This document shows, one piece after another, positions 52,201 to 59,543 of a stretch of 64,000 nt of DNA (positions are counted from its first letter, which is position 1; every line of letters starts with the position of its first letter). The notes below the pieces were generated by a model that was not told the DNA's origin, made no database searches, and worked only from the letters and a program-made list of their open reading frames with translations. The position numbers were made by a program, and so were the translations under genes. Source of the stretch: an uncultured Rhabdochlamydiaceae bacterium (GTDB taxonomy: Bacteria > Chlamydiota > Chlamydiia > Chlamydiales > Rhabdochlamydiaceae); NCBI GenBank assembly GCA_963712275.1, contig CAVQHD010000001.1, positions 1,664,001 through 1,728,000 on the forward strand, in the 5' to 3' direction.

Positions 52201-54763
52201 GAATAAAGATGCTTTCCTTAAGCTCATGAATCAAGGAGAGTCTTATTTCGTCCACCAGATTGAAGATAACCTTTCGGTCCGATTAAAGGGAAAAAAATCA
52301 AGCAAAGATGTGTTTAAAAACCGTTTAACTGACTTAGCGCGTCATTACCCTTTTCCTTCTCCTCGGCTTGCTAAAGAAACCGCCGATTTATTACAACATA
52401 TCGACACAATCCCCCTCCCCCCTTACATGAACACCTCATGCGAACATCTCGGCATGGAAAATGAGGTAGAAGCCGCTGTTGAAGTCGACGTGAATGTAGC
52501 ACAAGAGCAACAAAAATCAACCGAAGTTGATGAGGATATCGAAAAAGAGCTTCAACTCTACGAAAATATAGAACGGGCAGAATACCGACAAGATCAGCCG
52601 ATCTCCTATGAAGCTTTTTGTGCCCTTATTGCTCTACTTTCGTCTCAAAATCCTCATCAACTTACATCCCTTAGCGATCAGCTAAAAAAATTTAAGTATG
52701 GCTCGAAAGATCAACAGAAACACTACGAAAAGATTTTTTCTGAGCCTATTTACGGAACAGAAAGCTATTTCAACGCCTGCACCTACACATTGCCTGTCTT
52801 CCACCGCCTCCAACGCCCTCCTACCCAAATCCTCGTCGTTCGAGGAAAAGGAGGGGTTCAATGGCTCCTACTGTCAGAGCATGAGAGTCAGAGTGTTAAA
52901 AAACACATTCAACGCAGCAACCCACCCCTAGAAAATGTTTGGTTCATTCAACCGAATGGGGCTCCCCTTGCCCCTGCCTTAACTCCCTTCCCTTTAGACG
53001 ATGAAGAAATTTTACAAGGGCTCCTTGAAATTAATGTCTTTAATGGTAATGCCGATTGGCTAGGGTACTATGAACACTACCTTGCCCCTTGGCTTGTCAG
53101 CGACTTTGAGCTGAAGATAGATTTTCTTAAGCTCCGCACTGCCCGCCATCCGCATCAACGCCAGATTCTAGCTTACCTCCCCTCTATTTTGAGACTCAGC
53201 AAACAATATCAGGTTGATTTGAAGTCTAATTCCATGCTTTTTTCTGAGCGGGCAGAAAGAGAGTCGCAGCGTACGGGGCCCGTCTATACCCCTGGCAGCA
53301 TCACTGAAACGAAATTACTTCGCTCAATGAAGCAAATTGAACAACTCTCTGATGAATCGATTCCTCATTTGGGAATTGACCCAATAAACCTAGATGACTC
53401 TACCCAAGAGGCCCTGAACTGGTTAAAAAGCCGGCACCCAGGTGCGACCCCAGAAGCCCTCGTCTCACTTGCAGACAACCACTCAAAAAACCAAATAAAA
53501 CTCCTCCAGGCTCGGCAAATTAGACATCTCACCGCTGGTCAAATTAAATGGATGCAGCTAGGCCAAGTTCGCTATCTGACCTATCCTCATCAAATTATGC
53601 AGGGCACCAAATATTACTTAGACGAGAGCCAAGTCCAGCAGCTGACCGCTTCACAAGCACATCTGATACCTTTCGTCAACCCCCTCCATTACCCTCTTCT
53701 AACACTTCCTGAACATATCCAAAATGTCCCTCCTAAAGATGTGGATCGAATAAATCCAAAGTATGGATGCCATCTCCTCGAGAGACAAATCAAAGAGGGA
53801 ATAAAAACAGTAGAGCAACTTAAAACGTATACGCTTCTTCCGAGTCAGTGGCCCCACGCTCAAGGAAAGCTGATTGAAGCAATTCCTCCAAATGAAGTCA
53901 CTAAAGCTCACATTCAGCAAATTCAAGATAAATGCCTCATTCAATCACTTCATACCCTTGCCAGAACCGATGAACTCCGAACCCGTTGGATTGGGTGGCT
54001 AACCGAAGATCAACTAAAGGAGATCTTATCCGAGCAATTTGAGTACCTTCAGCCTGAGCAAGCTAAACATCTTGTTGCCAACCAAGTCCAGCAGCTGACC
54101 ACTTCGCAAACACGTCTGATACCTTTCCTCAATCCCCTCCATTACCCTCTTCTAACGCTTCCTGAACATATCCAAAATGTCCCTCCTAAAGATGTGTATC
54201 GAATAAATCCAAAGTATGGATGCCATCTCCTCGAGAGCCAAATCAAAGAGGGAATAAAAACAGTAGAACAACTTAAAACGTATACGCTTCTTCCTAGGCA
54301 GTGGCCCCACGTTCAAGGGAAGCTGATTGAAGCAATTCCTCCAAATCATGTCACTGAAACTCACATTCAGCAAATTCAAGATAAACGCCTCATTCAATCG
54401 CTTCATACCCTTGCCACAACCGATGAACTCCGAACCCGTTGGATTGAGTGGCTAACCGAAGATCAACTAAAGGAGATCTCATCCGAGCAATTTAAGTACC
54501 ACCGAAACCTTCCCTCGCCCCTGATTCAATCTCTTTCCTTCTGGAAAGCACTTTATTTTCTTACTCCAACCCAACTTAAACATCGAACGGTTCTCCAAAA
54601 AGCGGTGCATATCCTTGCTATTTATGTCTTTGGGTGCATCGCTCACATTGCTTTAGTGACAAGAATCTCCCACCTCTTCCATGCCACTCAAAGCTGTCAA
54701 TGGTACTCAAGCAAAATGACCAGCTTAACAAGCGATGACCTCATGGAGATCGTATCTTTCTAA
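43259..54763 (+). CDS. Giant 3834-aa multidomain protein: putative Cys-protease, ubiquitin-like domain, DUF3638-type SF2 helicase-like ATPase, C-terminal repeats and TM segment
   Basis: GHALMY/QKGGTC, QMFFKTLTGQTISLEI...LIFAG...GSTCHLV, QLIMGSGKT, IDEID, YDEMHTTGTDI, QGSMRLRQL, Glu/Val-rich EVEAAVEVDVNVAQEQQ. Confidence 0.8.
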   Translation: MSIKLTSSKQASLLNWTEHPPKTSQSNSPAFPFKLSPFPNLEEQLDQSKEPQAEMVLRVAANLLTGGLGTGGKDPLDGMQPIQNFLTWEWVLNQLLNNNFPINRDTLKKLLSDVQSLLNQCADQKKLFNAFSEAEFLEMVKRQTQTMKNLGVGESYSFYGGWGNIGGGSGHALMYEVKRSSAGFFDFRLYTSTDCQLADNLFYGDKRLLLPVVCWDQIPKEYLFASTGPDEPPVFFQQLFEMDWSISRYDKNAIVNEDDILETLDYLEPFLRKTTLEDFGAKTGQKGGTCLPSSTKTWASYHFSSLKENKIFGLYFDLILTIGIYEQLEPHLKEGGSKAERQRTTFIYAAQAVVGAIDKLVRTQKEALPEDLAFKATKQLHEWIDKVEKISRDLETQRKQERLPVNVKTQEIKPQQNQRTKDRYWITQSQCSDNCAPHPSSFPTYLTLKESEYLSFLEDVCKTYEQKRLEDKKSFYKQAANLSLHHAIDALPLPPIGQTSPWKDLGIDTLLKCCAILRALGTSYLKHTIQEDLPPRRFATLFAMYAIIHHLACLINQKKGSFGEGLLSSYSVPFPADKLNQIDALTFHDVQEFERIEQAKKYFNTIKGKKLLFQSETDTEVVKNSIHESRHNAALWEGLIRSNEQFRTEVNEAANKRFPDYSEEFIEEDFKSQQDKLEQWYQQEKAYQNKNDKAIFWSLPKKPPNAQKLQNLPLLTKQMLVLEEFDSDENPMGNSLLAKSHQEINEVRLFALLVQQAILSPSNFSTDLKRTAERDPNHYEMKCSVYSDIHRDYFHVDAWNWFIHQKQYLPVHSHGKFLELPQTKRDRDQWKRTTAEAEALDQKNLSPLLYQSIRTLSEWKLTPHQLLLEWGKDFEHLKDPELQGLFLRLFFRSPVYKGKVRLGAGELFKDSDLLENVKAFVSQGLSYFMQLKKKEGAKYNIHDMEGVKFLFELTFLCQKYLVEQRQNEQAKQIDFSEKLDEWIQDNTISRTPRSLLRLYRLLSYSITTPIEQLTTENLKQIFVDWTVIHLYSDGYRPSQISPLVFRLADDFIAKILEKRRETFNQSPQVFCQPILLEVEKREEQLKWSLDPAASLIFIGTTQTNEKYQIDLRRGEVFTPTGKASRTILSRSWEDDPDFKRVFWEPHRFEYTMGGQGAVTFTHPRGGFFRILLKGYHQKNMIQRLWGGEWYQYIPPDQIKKETLGLSVGFAKDHLLWGQVKVDKVEEVQVSKASRGDGDHSDGTSQMFFKTLTGQTISLEIDFTKSLQDHVDQFAEKIAEKMPDVRYVRLIFAGTALNPNETLNALGLKYGSTCHLVAAGKNSGDNILDLRPPLSKKEGSSPPPINLHPFKGIITSLATGKAVWAIDAKEGQVFEVSEEGDFVKKVTSDTSIHYLDSTDHGLNSFEDPDYILTMTNSKGKIEQVHFPRFRSLDGNPLFFIRKKGTVLVWNDNQQYCLKAVPKALFQFPIKSLYLERETGTKKEPGILLIPFSRFHPQKDQVHPIEEWESIPYFEYQTQEDLIIPQSLEGRFYLAYLYFQDQKYDRAIEQITLIDPIETISPLGFVLLDRIRKVPPPIDHPDAAMVSLQAALQLVKGRDRQSDESVTTYFGLEREDIQALHNLIVLAHQSLQSARHISEGCRISDSEKRMLFQKLIDEAAAKCDSFQRSGINYPAALIEHLGYWLGRASKHEMASKGNRRIPENRNNEPINPLSFSLPSQPMLKNDEKEQAHYETDCRQATLWLASGTVPFLVNRWPVEGSGRAKENGKLLSKVLEIAKQGTPATRLAMLWKVRNWRLHWKGDKEDLASFDLMIQILLTSPRLRLTKDISESSTGPEKVEFLKEINRQIPRHKVNFQETIANHLNQHKTSSRQKQGTYQLPPLFNSKEPSLDDFGPSPDPLLNEVKGNYDKHRLETLKNWREDFFTPLEAREKSPPIQTRFSLKPGLLSKQDKVYQEIVQKDLDILTEDFNEGSKQLQNQKEITLNNNTKELLQAIDQEQETFSKVLEEKEREAKEILNQLSFSFEEFFHRIAQTITGTKKSISLDKAREALLTFDKRAFKVLNPGLKDQEITTIAQLLLDIEDLKSWKLQLQRMKDLVTQGSKIADPQDVTKRDVCRRLLQELEAGYHFNTLDPEMQVVFRIFCGETDLIPFKKQVDLITEMLKPCKKDPSRLKDCVGQLIMGSGKTAVIAALLMQFLARQKGKIAFFIVPAPLFKSVSNNLTESLKKSFNQQLEPLHVKRNDLTLYRLKEIEKLLDRAKENPIAMITTPSSLQVLELEFLSQIRKLKDHIIELNNSSSELEKISEQNRRALLKSQINNLSKLIQERLEKIRHLARIVRTVTEHGQALIDEIDLILDALLEVNFPDGTKIPILAERNHLVYTIFSLCMQEDLRVNTLPGKPLLQDVLHLRPNLGTSEEVEDKHVFQDRYRQAASVLASQLILSFAPFQTLPKELQPSLYRFLMNEIPFWVQEFSDEKNFQFCENDLTQKDPDWEKFGTILQLKNDAHFLSLLNDQFNSNNNKEVQFAKLVALATHLLNDILPVTLCKNGNRHYGPVPLDPHGKMCPYEGVDAPVIDREFGYVWEELCYYYQWACLSAPEEAVILELARLATEAAHYYMKKNGELFDQTAEYQQFKTLTGVSLQDFQDPGSTVCKEGVQKAKATLQNDPKKRLLLQKELAAHQVKVHALHLSSNGASFSRRFRSRDGMSATLTWNVEGYRQSLAENVILDKGTEGKVLATLSKKVTPEQIHKVPFTSNISTTLTEILKNSPHTKEMRGFIDAEGILKIYPNIRVVAEQVLAFLKSEQEKGRIAPEIDTVLFFSKEGKETQANTLYMWKMGMQSPEKIGGTTLKAFKAKGLDPRTYFVIYDEMHTTGTDIVQVPNAVNLFSFGPSMLLRRFPQGSMRLRQLLFSQNVEIVIDKAILPEIYNQGQTIDDLMLQAAKNQSIRKIGDMPRYCKAQINEPFRFDVVERLLDFFINNSWNKDAFLKLMNQGESYFVHQIEDNLSVRLKGKKSSKDVFKNRLTDLARHYPFPSPRLAKETADLLQHIDTIPLPPYMNTSCEHLGMENEVEAAVEVDVNVAQEQQKSTEVDEDIEKELQLYENIERAEYRQDQPISYEAFCALIALLSSQNPHQLTSLSDQLKKFKYGSKDQQKHYEKIFSEPIYGTESYFNACTYTLPVFHRLQRPPTQILVVRGKGGVQWLLLSEHESQSVKKHIQRSNPPLENVWFIQPNGAPLAPALTPFPLDDEEILQGLLEINVFNGNADWLGYYEHYLAPWLVSDFELKIDFLKLRTARHPHQRQILAYLPSILRLSKQYQVDLKSNSMLFSERAERESQRTGPVYTPGSITETKLLRSMKQIEQLSDESIPHLGIDPINLDDSTQEALNWLKSRHPGATPEALVSLADNHSKNQIKLLQARQIRHLTAGQIKWMQLGQVRYLTYPHQIMQGTKYYLDESQVQQLTASQAHLIPFVNPLHYPLLTLPEHIQNVPPKDVDRINPKYGCHLLERQIKEGIKTVEQLKTYTLLPSQWPHAQGKLIEAIPPNEVTKAHIQQIQDKCLIQSLHTLARTDELRTRWIGWLTEDQLKEILSEQFEYLQPEQAKHLVANQVQQLTTSQTRLIPFLNPLHYPLLTLPEHIQNVPPKDVYRINPKYGCHLLESQIKEGIKTVEQLKTYTLLPRQWPHVQGKLIEAIPPNHVTETHIQQIQDKRLIQSLHTLATTDELRTRWIEWLTEDQLKEISSEQFKYHRNLPSPLIQSLSFWKALYFLTPTQLKHRTVLQKAVHILAIYVFGCIAHIALVTRISHLFHATQSCQWYSSKMTSLTSDDLMEIVSF
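53629..54500 (+). repeat. Intragenic tandem duplication, period 453 bp (151 aa)
   Basis: 53629-54047 and 54082-54500 nearly identical. Confidence 0.95.
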
Positions 54764-56158
54764 TTAAAAGGGGAGAGGAAGCCTCGGGTCAAGAGCGAGC
54801 AGCTCCTTTCGAAATACCGCCTGAATCTCTTTTAAATGGGCCTCGGTGTCGGCTTCAAATCGCAGGACCAGGGAAGGGGTTGTATTGGACGGCCGCACAA
54901 GGCCAAAGCCAAACTCAAATTCAACTCGTATTCCATCAAGAGTGATGATTTTTCCGCCCTTAAAGCCCGAGCGGGCTTTCAGTTGCTTGATAAAGGTAAA
55001 TTTTGCGCTATCTGCCATCGGTATTTTTAACTCAGGCGTGCTTACGCTATTAGGTAGTGAGAAAAAAACACCTTCAGAGCTCTGATCCTCTTGAGATAAA
55101 ATTTCTAGGAGACGCGCTGCAGCATAGAGGGCATCATCGAATCCCGACCACCGGTCTTGAAAATAGAAATGGCCGCTCATTTCCCCTGCCAGTTTTGCCT
55201 TCGTCTCTTGCATTTTGGCTACAATTAAAGAATGGCCCGTTTTCCACATGAGAGGAACGCCTTGATGCTCTCGGATCCACTTATCCAGCAGCCGGGTACA
55301 CTTCACATCGTAGATAATTGTAGACCCTAGATTGTGCTTTAAAACCTGTTTAGCAAAGAGCATGAGCAGTCGATCAGGCCAGATGATCGTGCCCTCATTC
55401 GTGACGACTCCTAGCCGATCCCCATCTGAATCAAAAGCAACTCCCACATCTGCATGGGTCTCTCGAACCTTTTGAATGAGATCATCCAAGTTCTTGGGGT
55501 CGGCCGGATCTGGAAAATGATGGGGAAAATGGCCATCCACCTCACAAAAAAGCTCTATAACCTCTGCCCCCAACTGACGCGCTAAGGTAGGAAAAACACT
55601 GCCCGCAACCCCGCTACCTGCGTCAACGACAACGCGCAACTTCCGCTTCAACCGAATACTGTCTACGATTCGAGAGATATACATCGGGATCACGTCTAAC
55701 ACTTGCTTTTTTCCCGTGCCACGGAGAAATTTTTTCGCCTCAAATCGGTTAAAAATCGATAAAATTTGCTCTGGCGAAAGGGCACGATGGTGCAAAACCA
55801 TTTTCAGGCCGTTGTCGCTCGCAGGGTTGTGGCTCCCCGTCACCATGACTCCAGAAGGAGTACCTGTAGCCTCTGTCGCAAAATAGAGGAGAGGCGAAGG
55901 GACCATCCCAATATCGATCACATCTGCGCCGCTCTCCAGCAGCCCTTGCGTCAAGGCTTGACATAGAGCTGGGCTTGATAGCCTGCCGTCTCGCGCAACG
56001 ATCAGTTTCATCTGCTGGCTCTCTTGCGCCAGGCTGCCAAAACAGAGCCCAATGGCATAGACAACATCTGGCTTAAGCTCGTTTTGAACATTGCCCCGTA
56101 TATCGTTAGCCCGAAAGATGGTTTTAGGAATCTTTTGAGGAAGCTTAAACTCTTCCAT
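54764..56158 (-). CDS. Phosphomannomutase/phosphoglucomutase (AlgC-like)
   Basis: FRANDIRG, VTGSHNP, FDSDGDR, GEMSGH, VRPSNTTP. Confidence 0.93.
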   Translation of the reverse strand: MEEFKLPQKIPKTIFRANDIRGNVQNELKPDVVYAIGLCFGSLAQESQQMKLIVARDGRLSSPALCQALTQGLLESGADVIDIGMVPSPLLYFATEATGTPSGVMVTGSHNPASDNGLKMVLHHRALSPEQILSIFNRFEAKKFLRGTGKKQVLDVIPMYISRIVDSIRLKRKLRVVVDAGSGVAGSVFPTLARQLGAEVIELFCEVDGHFPHHFPDPADPKNLDDLIQKVRETHADVGVAFDSDGDRLGVVTNEGTIIWPDRLLMLFAKQVLKHNLGSTIIYDVKCTRLLDKWIREHQGVPLMWKTGHSLIVAKMQETKAKLAGEMSGHFYFQDRWSGFDDALYAAARLLEILSQEDQSSEGVFFSLPNSVSTPELKIPMADSAKFTFIKQLKARSGFKGGKIITLDGIRVEFEFGFGLVRPSNTTPSLVLRFEADTEAHLKEIQAVFRKELLALDPRLPLPF

Positions 56159-56477
56159 AGTCATCTTCGTACCGAGTGATGTCTGTTTCCAGCGTCTTCC
56201 CAAAGGCAACTTCTAAAACAACAGCTTCTGTGATGCCTGTAATCCGATGTTTTTTCTTCTTGGGAACAAAGAAGAAGTCGCCAGACTTCCCCTTGCGCCG
56301 CTCTTTCCCAATTTGCGCAAGAATCGTGCCGCTTAAAACAAACCAAACTTCCTCTCGATCGCAGTGGCTTTGAAGGCTGAATCGCTCTTTTTGACGAATC
56401 AGAAGCTTTTTGACCCAAAAACGGTTTGTTTTTTTTAAAATGGTATAACCGCCCCAAGGACGTTTAATCAAACTCAC
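56145..56477 (-). CDS. Cupin protein, mannose-6-phosphate isomerase type II C-terminal domain
   Basis: RPWGGY, FSLQSH..REEVW, KHRI, LEV..G..ETDITRYEDDYGR. Confidence 0.85.
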   Translation of the reverse strand: MSLIKRPWGGYTILKKTNRFWVKKLLIRQKERFSLQSHCDREEVWFVLSGTILAQIGKERRKGKSGDFFFVPKKKKHRITGITEAVVLEVAFGKTLETDITRYEDDYGRV

Positions 56478-58408
56478 ACTCCCAACCTTTTTAAAATATC
56501 TTTAAGCCCCATCTTGGCAACTCCGATGACTCGATCACCGCCGCCATAGTAGAGGTAGACCTCTTCATTCAATAACACAGCGCCGCAGGGAAACACAACA
56601 TTGGACACCTGACCTATTTTTTCGTAGTCCATCTCCGGCTCAAGCAGAGTCGCATCGGTTTTAGCGATGACCCTCGTAGGGTCGTTTAAATCAAGAAGCG
56701 CTGCTTCAACTTTATAAACATCGCCTGGGACAGCAACTCGATGGTAAAGCATTAGCCAACCCTGGGGAGTCTCGATAGGAGGGGCCGCGATTCCAAATTT
56801 TCGATTATCCCAATAATCGGCTCTTGGTTTAATCAAGCAGCTGCTATGAATGAGCCACTTATTTTCATGAAAATCCAAGTCATCTGCCATGTCGATGCAA
56901 ATGCAATTATCAGCGCGATGGAAAATGACATACTGCCCCTTGATTTTTTTTGGAAGAAGGCAGCTATCTTTATCATCTACGCCAGGAGGTGTAATGACTC
57001 TAGGGGCCGCCCAATTCCACCGGTGGCTTAGAAAGTCATCCACCTTGATCGTCGAAAACGCAACACGCGGCATGCGGCCATCATAGGCCGTATAAAACAG
57101 ATAAAATAGATCGCCTAGTTTGGTGATCCGCGGATCTTCACAGCCAGAGTTGCCAGGATGTGATTTTTTTTCAAAATCTGCCCTTGGCACATAGATCGGC
57201 ACTCGCAGCCTTTCATCAATATGAAGTCCATCTCGGCTTGAAGCATACCCAAAAACAGATGTATCATCGATCGACATTGCCCGATAAACGATATGAAATT
57301 TGCCGCCCTCATAAATGGCTGCTGGGTTAAATGTTGCCTTCGCCTCCCACGTAAATTCAGGCCGTGGAGAAATAATCGGATTTTGCTGATACCTCTTAAA
57401 CCCTTGACTGATGTGTCCGCTTAGGAAAGAGGCATCCTCTGACTTCTCTTCCATCATTTCGTTTAAAAGGGTCTTAATATCACAGACCGCCACGCAAGAA
57501 GTTGTATCAGCAGCCCCGTAATACAGATAAAGCTTCTCATTTTCTATCATGGCCCCTGAAGGAAATGTAATATCAGGCACATCTCCATAGAGCTCATACT
57601 CTTTTTCCGGAACCAGCAGCGGCTCTTCCAGCCGCCCAATGACTTTGGAAGGGTCTTTTAAATCCAATAACACAGCCTCGATCCCAAAGATCTTCTCCGA
57701 GGAAAAATAGTTCTGAATATACGAATAAATCAGCAGCCATCCTCGATCGGTCTTGATTGGAGGAGCTCCCACCTCTAAATGGTCATTGGCATTTCTGAGT
57801 AACGGGATGACGTGGCTATCGAGCTCTTTGTACCATTTGTCCCAATAGGCCTCCGACCAAATCTCCTCCTCCTTGTCAAACAACGCCAGTCCAATTTTTG
57901 CCGGCGGAAGATCAGTATGCGCCGTTAGAATAGCGGCAAATTTCCCATCGATTTTCTCTGGGAAAAGAGCCATCGCTTTCGAATTAAACGTTGTAACAGG
58001 ATGTTTCTCTTCCATTGTTTGAAAATCTTTTGTGATCGCAAGCCCCACCCGAATTCCAGATGCCGAGAAAGGGTACGTCGAAAGAGCGGTATAAAAAATA
58101 TAATATTTGCCACCGAGAAGAGTGACCCGCGGATCTTCACACCCAAACCGCTCCCACGCCTGTTCAGGCTTGATCAGCGGCCGCTCTTTTTCAAAGTGAA
58201 CCCCATCGCCACTTTCAGCACAGCCAATGGTTGAAACCGACATATGAACGCCTTGATGACTTTTTGGCGCTGATTGGGCGCGATACAGAAGAAGGTATTT
58301 TTGGCTGCATTTTGTAACGCACGGGTTAAAGGCTGCCTGCGCCTTCCATTCTTCATCTTTGTTAGGAACAAGAATCGGATTTTCCTTACTCCGCTGAAAC
58401 TGTGTCAT
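56474..58408 (-). CDS. Tandem double GH130-like glycosidase/phosphorylase
   Basis: Two repeats of NPI..P...FNP, GCEDPR, YTA, FP[SC]GA, YYG[AG][AG]D five-bladed propeller motifs. Confidence 0.85.
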   Translation of the reverse strand: MTQFQRSKENPILVPNKDEEWKAQAAFNPCVTKCSQKYLLLYRAQSAPKSHQGVHMSVSTIGCAESGDGVHFEKERPLIKPEQAWERFGCEDPRVTLLGGKYYIFYTALSTYPFSASGIRVGLAITKDFQTMEEKHPVTTFNSKAMALFPEKIDGKFAAILTAHTDLPPAKIGLALFDKEEEIWSEAYWDKWYKELDSHVIPLLRNANDHLEVGAPPIKTDRGWLLIYSYIQNYFSSEKIFGIEAVLLDLKDPSKVIGRLEEPLLVPEKEYELYGDVPDITFPSGAMIENEKLYLYYGAADTTSCVAVCDIKTLLNEMMEEKSEDASFLSGHISQGFKRYQQNPIISPRPEFTWEAKATFNPAAIYEGGKFHIVYRAMSIDDTSVFGYASSRDGLHIDERLRVPIYVPRADFEKKSHPGNSGCEDPRITKLGDLFYLFYTAYDGRMPRVAFSTIKVDDFLSHRWNWAAPRVITPPGVDDKDSCLLPKKIKGQYVIFHRADNCICIDMADDLDFHENKWLIHSSCLIKPRADYWDNRKFGIAAPPIETPQGWLMLYHRVAVPGDVYKVEAALLDLNDPTRVIAKTDATLLEPEMDYEKIGQVSNVVFPCGAVLLNEEVYLYYGGGDRVIGVAKMGLKDILKRLGV

Positions 58409-58588
58409 AAAGCCTTGTTAACAATTGATTTAGATCCATGGTCGCCCCGTAATAAACGAAAAGCGTTGAGCTCATCAGGACAGCTTTTCCAAAAAATACC
58501 ATGAAAAAATCTTTAGAGAAAGATTTTTTCTTGAGTTTTTTTAAAAGCCTGGTCGAAACTATTTGCAACCACAATGATGAGGTTTGTT

Positions 58589-59356
58589 ATGGCTCAATCT
58601 ACGCAATTTAATGTAAAAGAATTTTTGTCTCTCTTACAATGTCCCTTTGGACTCGATCCTTTAACCACGGCGGTCAATTTATTTCCTTGCTGCCATAAAG
58701 TAAACCAGGCCGCCGCTGAAAAATATTACGGACAACTCATACAAGGTTTTTGTAGTTTAAAAGGCAGAACATGCGTCCTTTGCAGGCAAGAAGTCGTCTC
58801 TTACGCTCCAGATCACACGATTCGAGATCTTGCTTCTCGCATCTTTAATCATGAAAACGCTTTAGAAGCCTTGCCAACGCATCCTCTTGTTTTAGAAGAA
58901 AAAAAGAATCTCAGCTTACCTTACCCAGGCCTTCCCGCTGTTTTTATATGTACAAAGGACAACTGGAATAAGCCCGTTGACAATGGGGATGGCTACTGCA
59001 GAAAACTATATTTTGAAAGTGCAACTTCTAATTCCTTACTGGAAAAATTTGATCTTTTAGGATCTTGGGAAGGAACTGTCTCTCTAACCATAGTCTTTTC
59101 AAAAATCCCCTCAGAAGCTGTTGAAGAGTATTTAAAAGCTCATCGATTCGTAGGCAAGGGTACTTTCACTTACCAAACTCGGACTCTTGAAGAGCTCAAA
59201 AAACTTTTTCATATCATTGCTTCTAATAACGAAATCCCCGCGAGTCATTTTAACACACTTCGCGAGATTATCGAGCGTGGAGCTTGCGATCCTACCCCAA
59301 GATTTACGCAGAGAAATGGATTGCGTCTCCACGACCTCATTAGCTACTCGCATTAA
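58589..59356 (+). CDS. RING/U-box-like domain protein (putative E3 ligase effector)
   Basis: LQCPFGLDPLTTAVNLFPCCHKVN...CVLCRQEV..Y.PDHTIRDLA. Confidence 0.7.
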   Translation: MAQSTQFNVKEFLSLLQCPFGLDPLTTAVNLFPCCHKVNQAAAEKYYGQLIQGFCSLKGRTCVLCRQEVVSYAPDHTIRDLASRIFNHENALEALPTHPLVLEEKKNLSLPYPGLPAVFICTKDNWNKPVDNGDGYCRKLYFESATSNSLLEKFDLLGSWEGTVSLTIVFSKIPSEAVEEYLKAHRFVGKGTFTYQTRTLEELKKLFHIIASNNEIPASHFNTLREIIERGACDPTPRFTQRNGLRLHDLISYSH

Positions 59357-59394
59357 GAGTTTTTCTTTTTTCCTAAATTCTGTATCCTATTTCT

Positions 59395-59486
59395 CAAACA
59401 CCAGAGGTGCCTTGTTAAAGGCTGAAAGATCGCGTGCGGTCAACTCTTAGTACCTGATCTAGGTCATACTAGCGGAGGGAGAGTGA
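59395..59486 (+). ncRNA. TPP riboswitch
   Basis: GAGGTGCC..GGCTGAAA...ACCTGATCTAGGTCATACTAGCGGAGGGA matches THI-box consensus; downstream CCTCCCT can sequester the AGGGAGG RBS. Confidence 0.88.
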
Positions 59487-59543
59487 AGGGGCTTTGTTCT
59501 AACGAACTTCCCTGCCTCCCTATTTGTTTTAAGGGAGGACTTT

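Noticed and set aside
53629..54500. Possible diversity-generating retroelement TR/VR pair
   Set aside because: Differences between copies are not confined to adenines, both copies are in-frame in one ORF, and there is no reverse transcriptase in the window.
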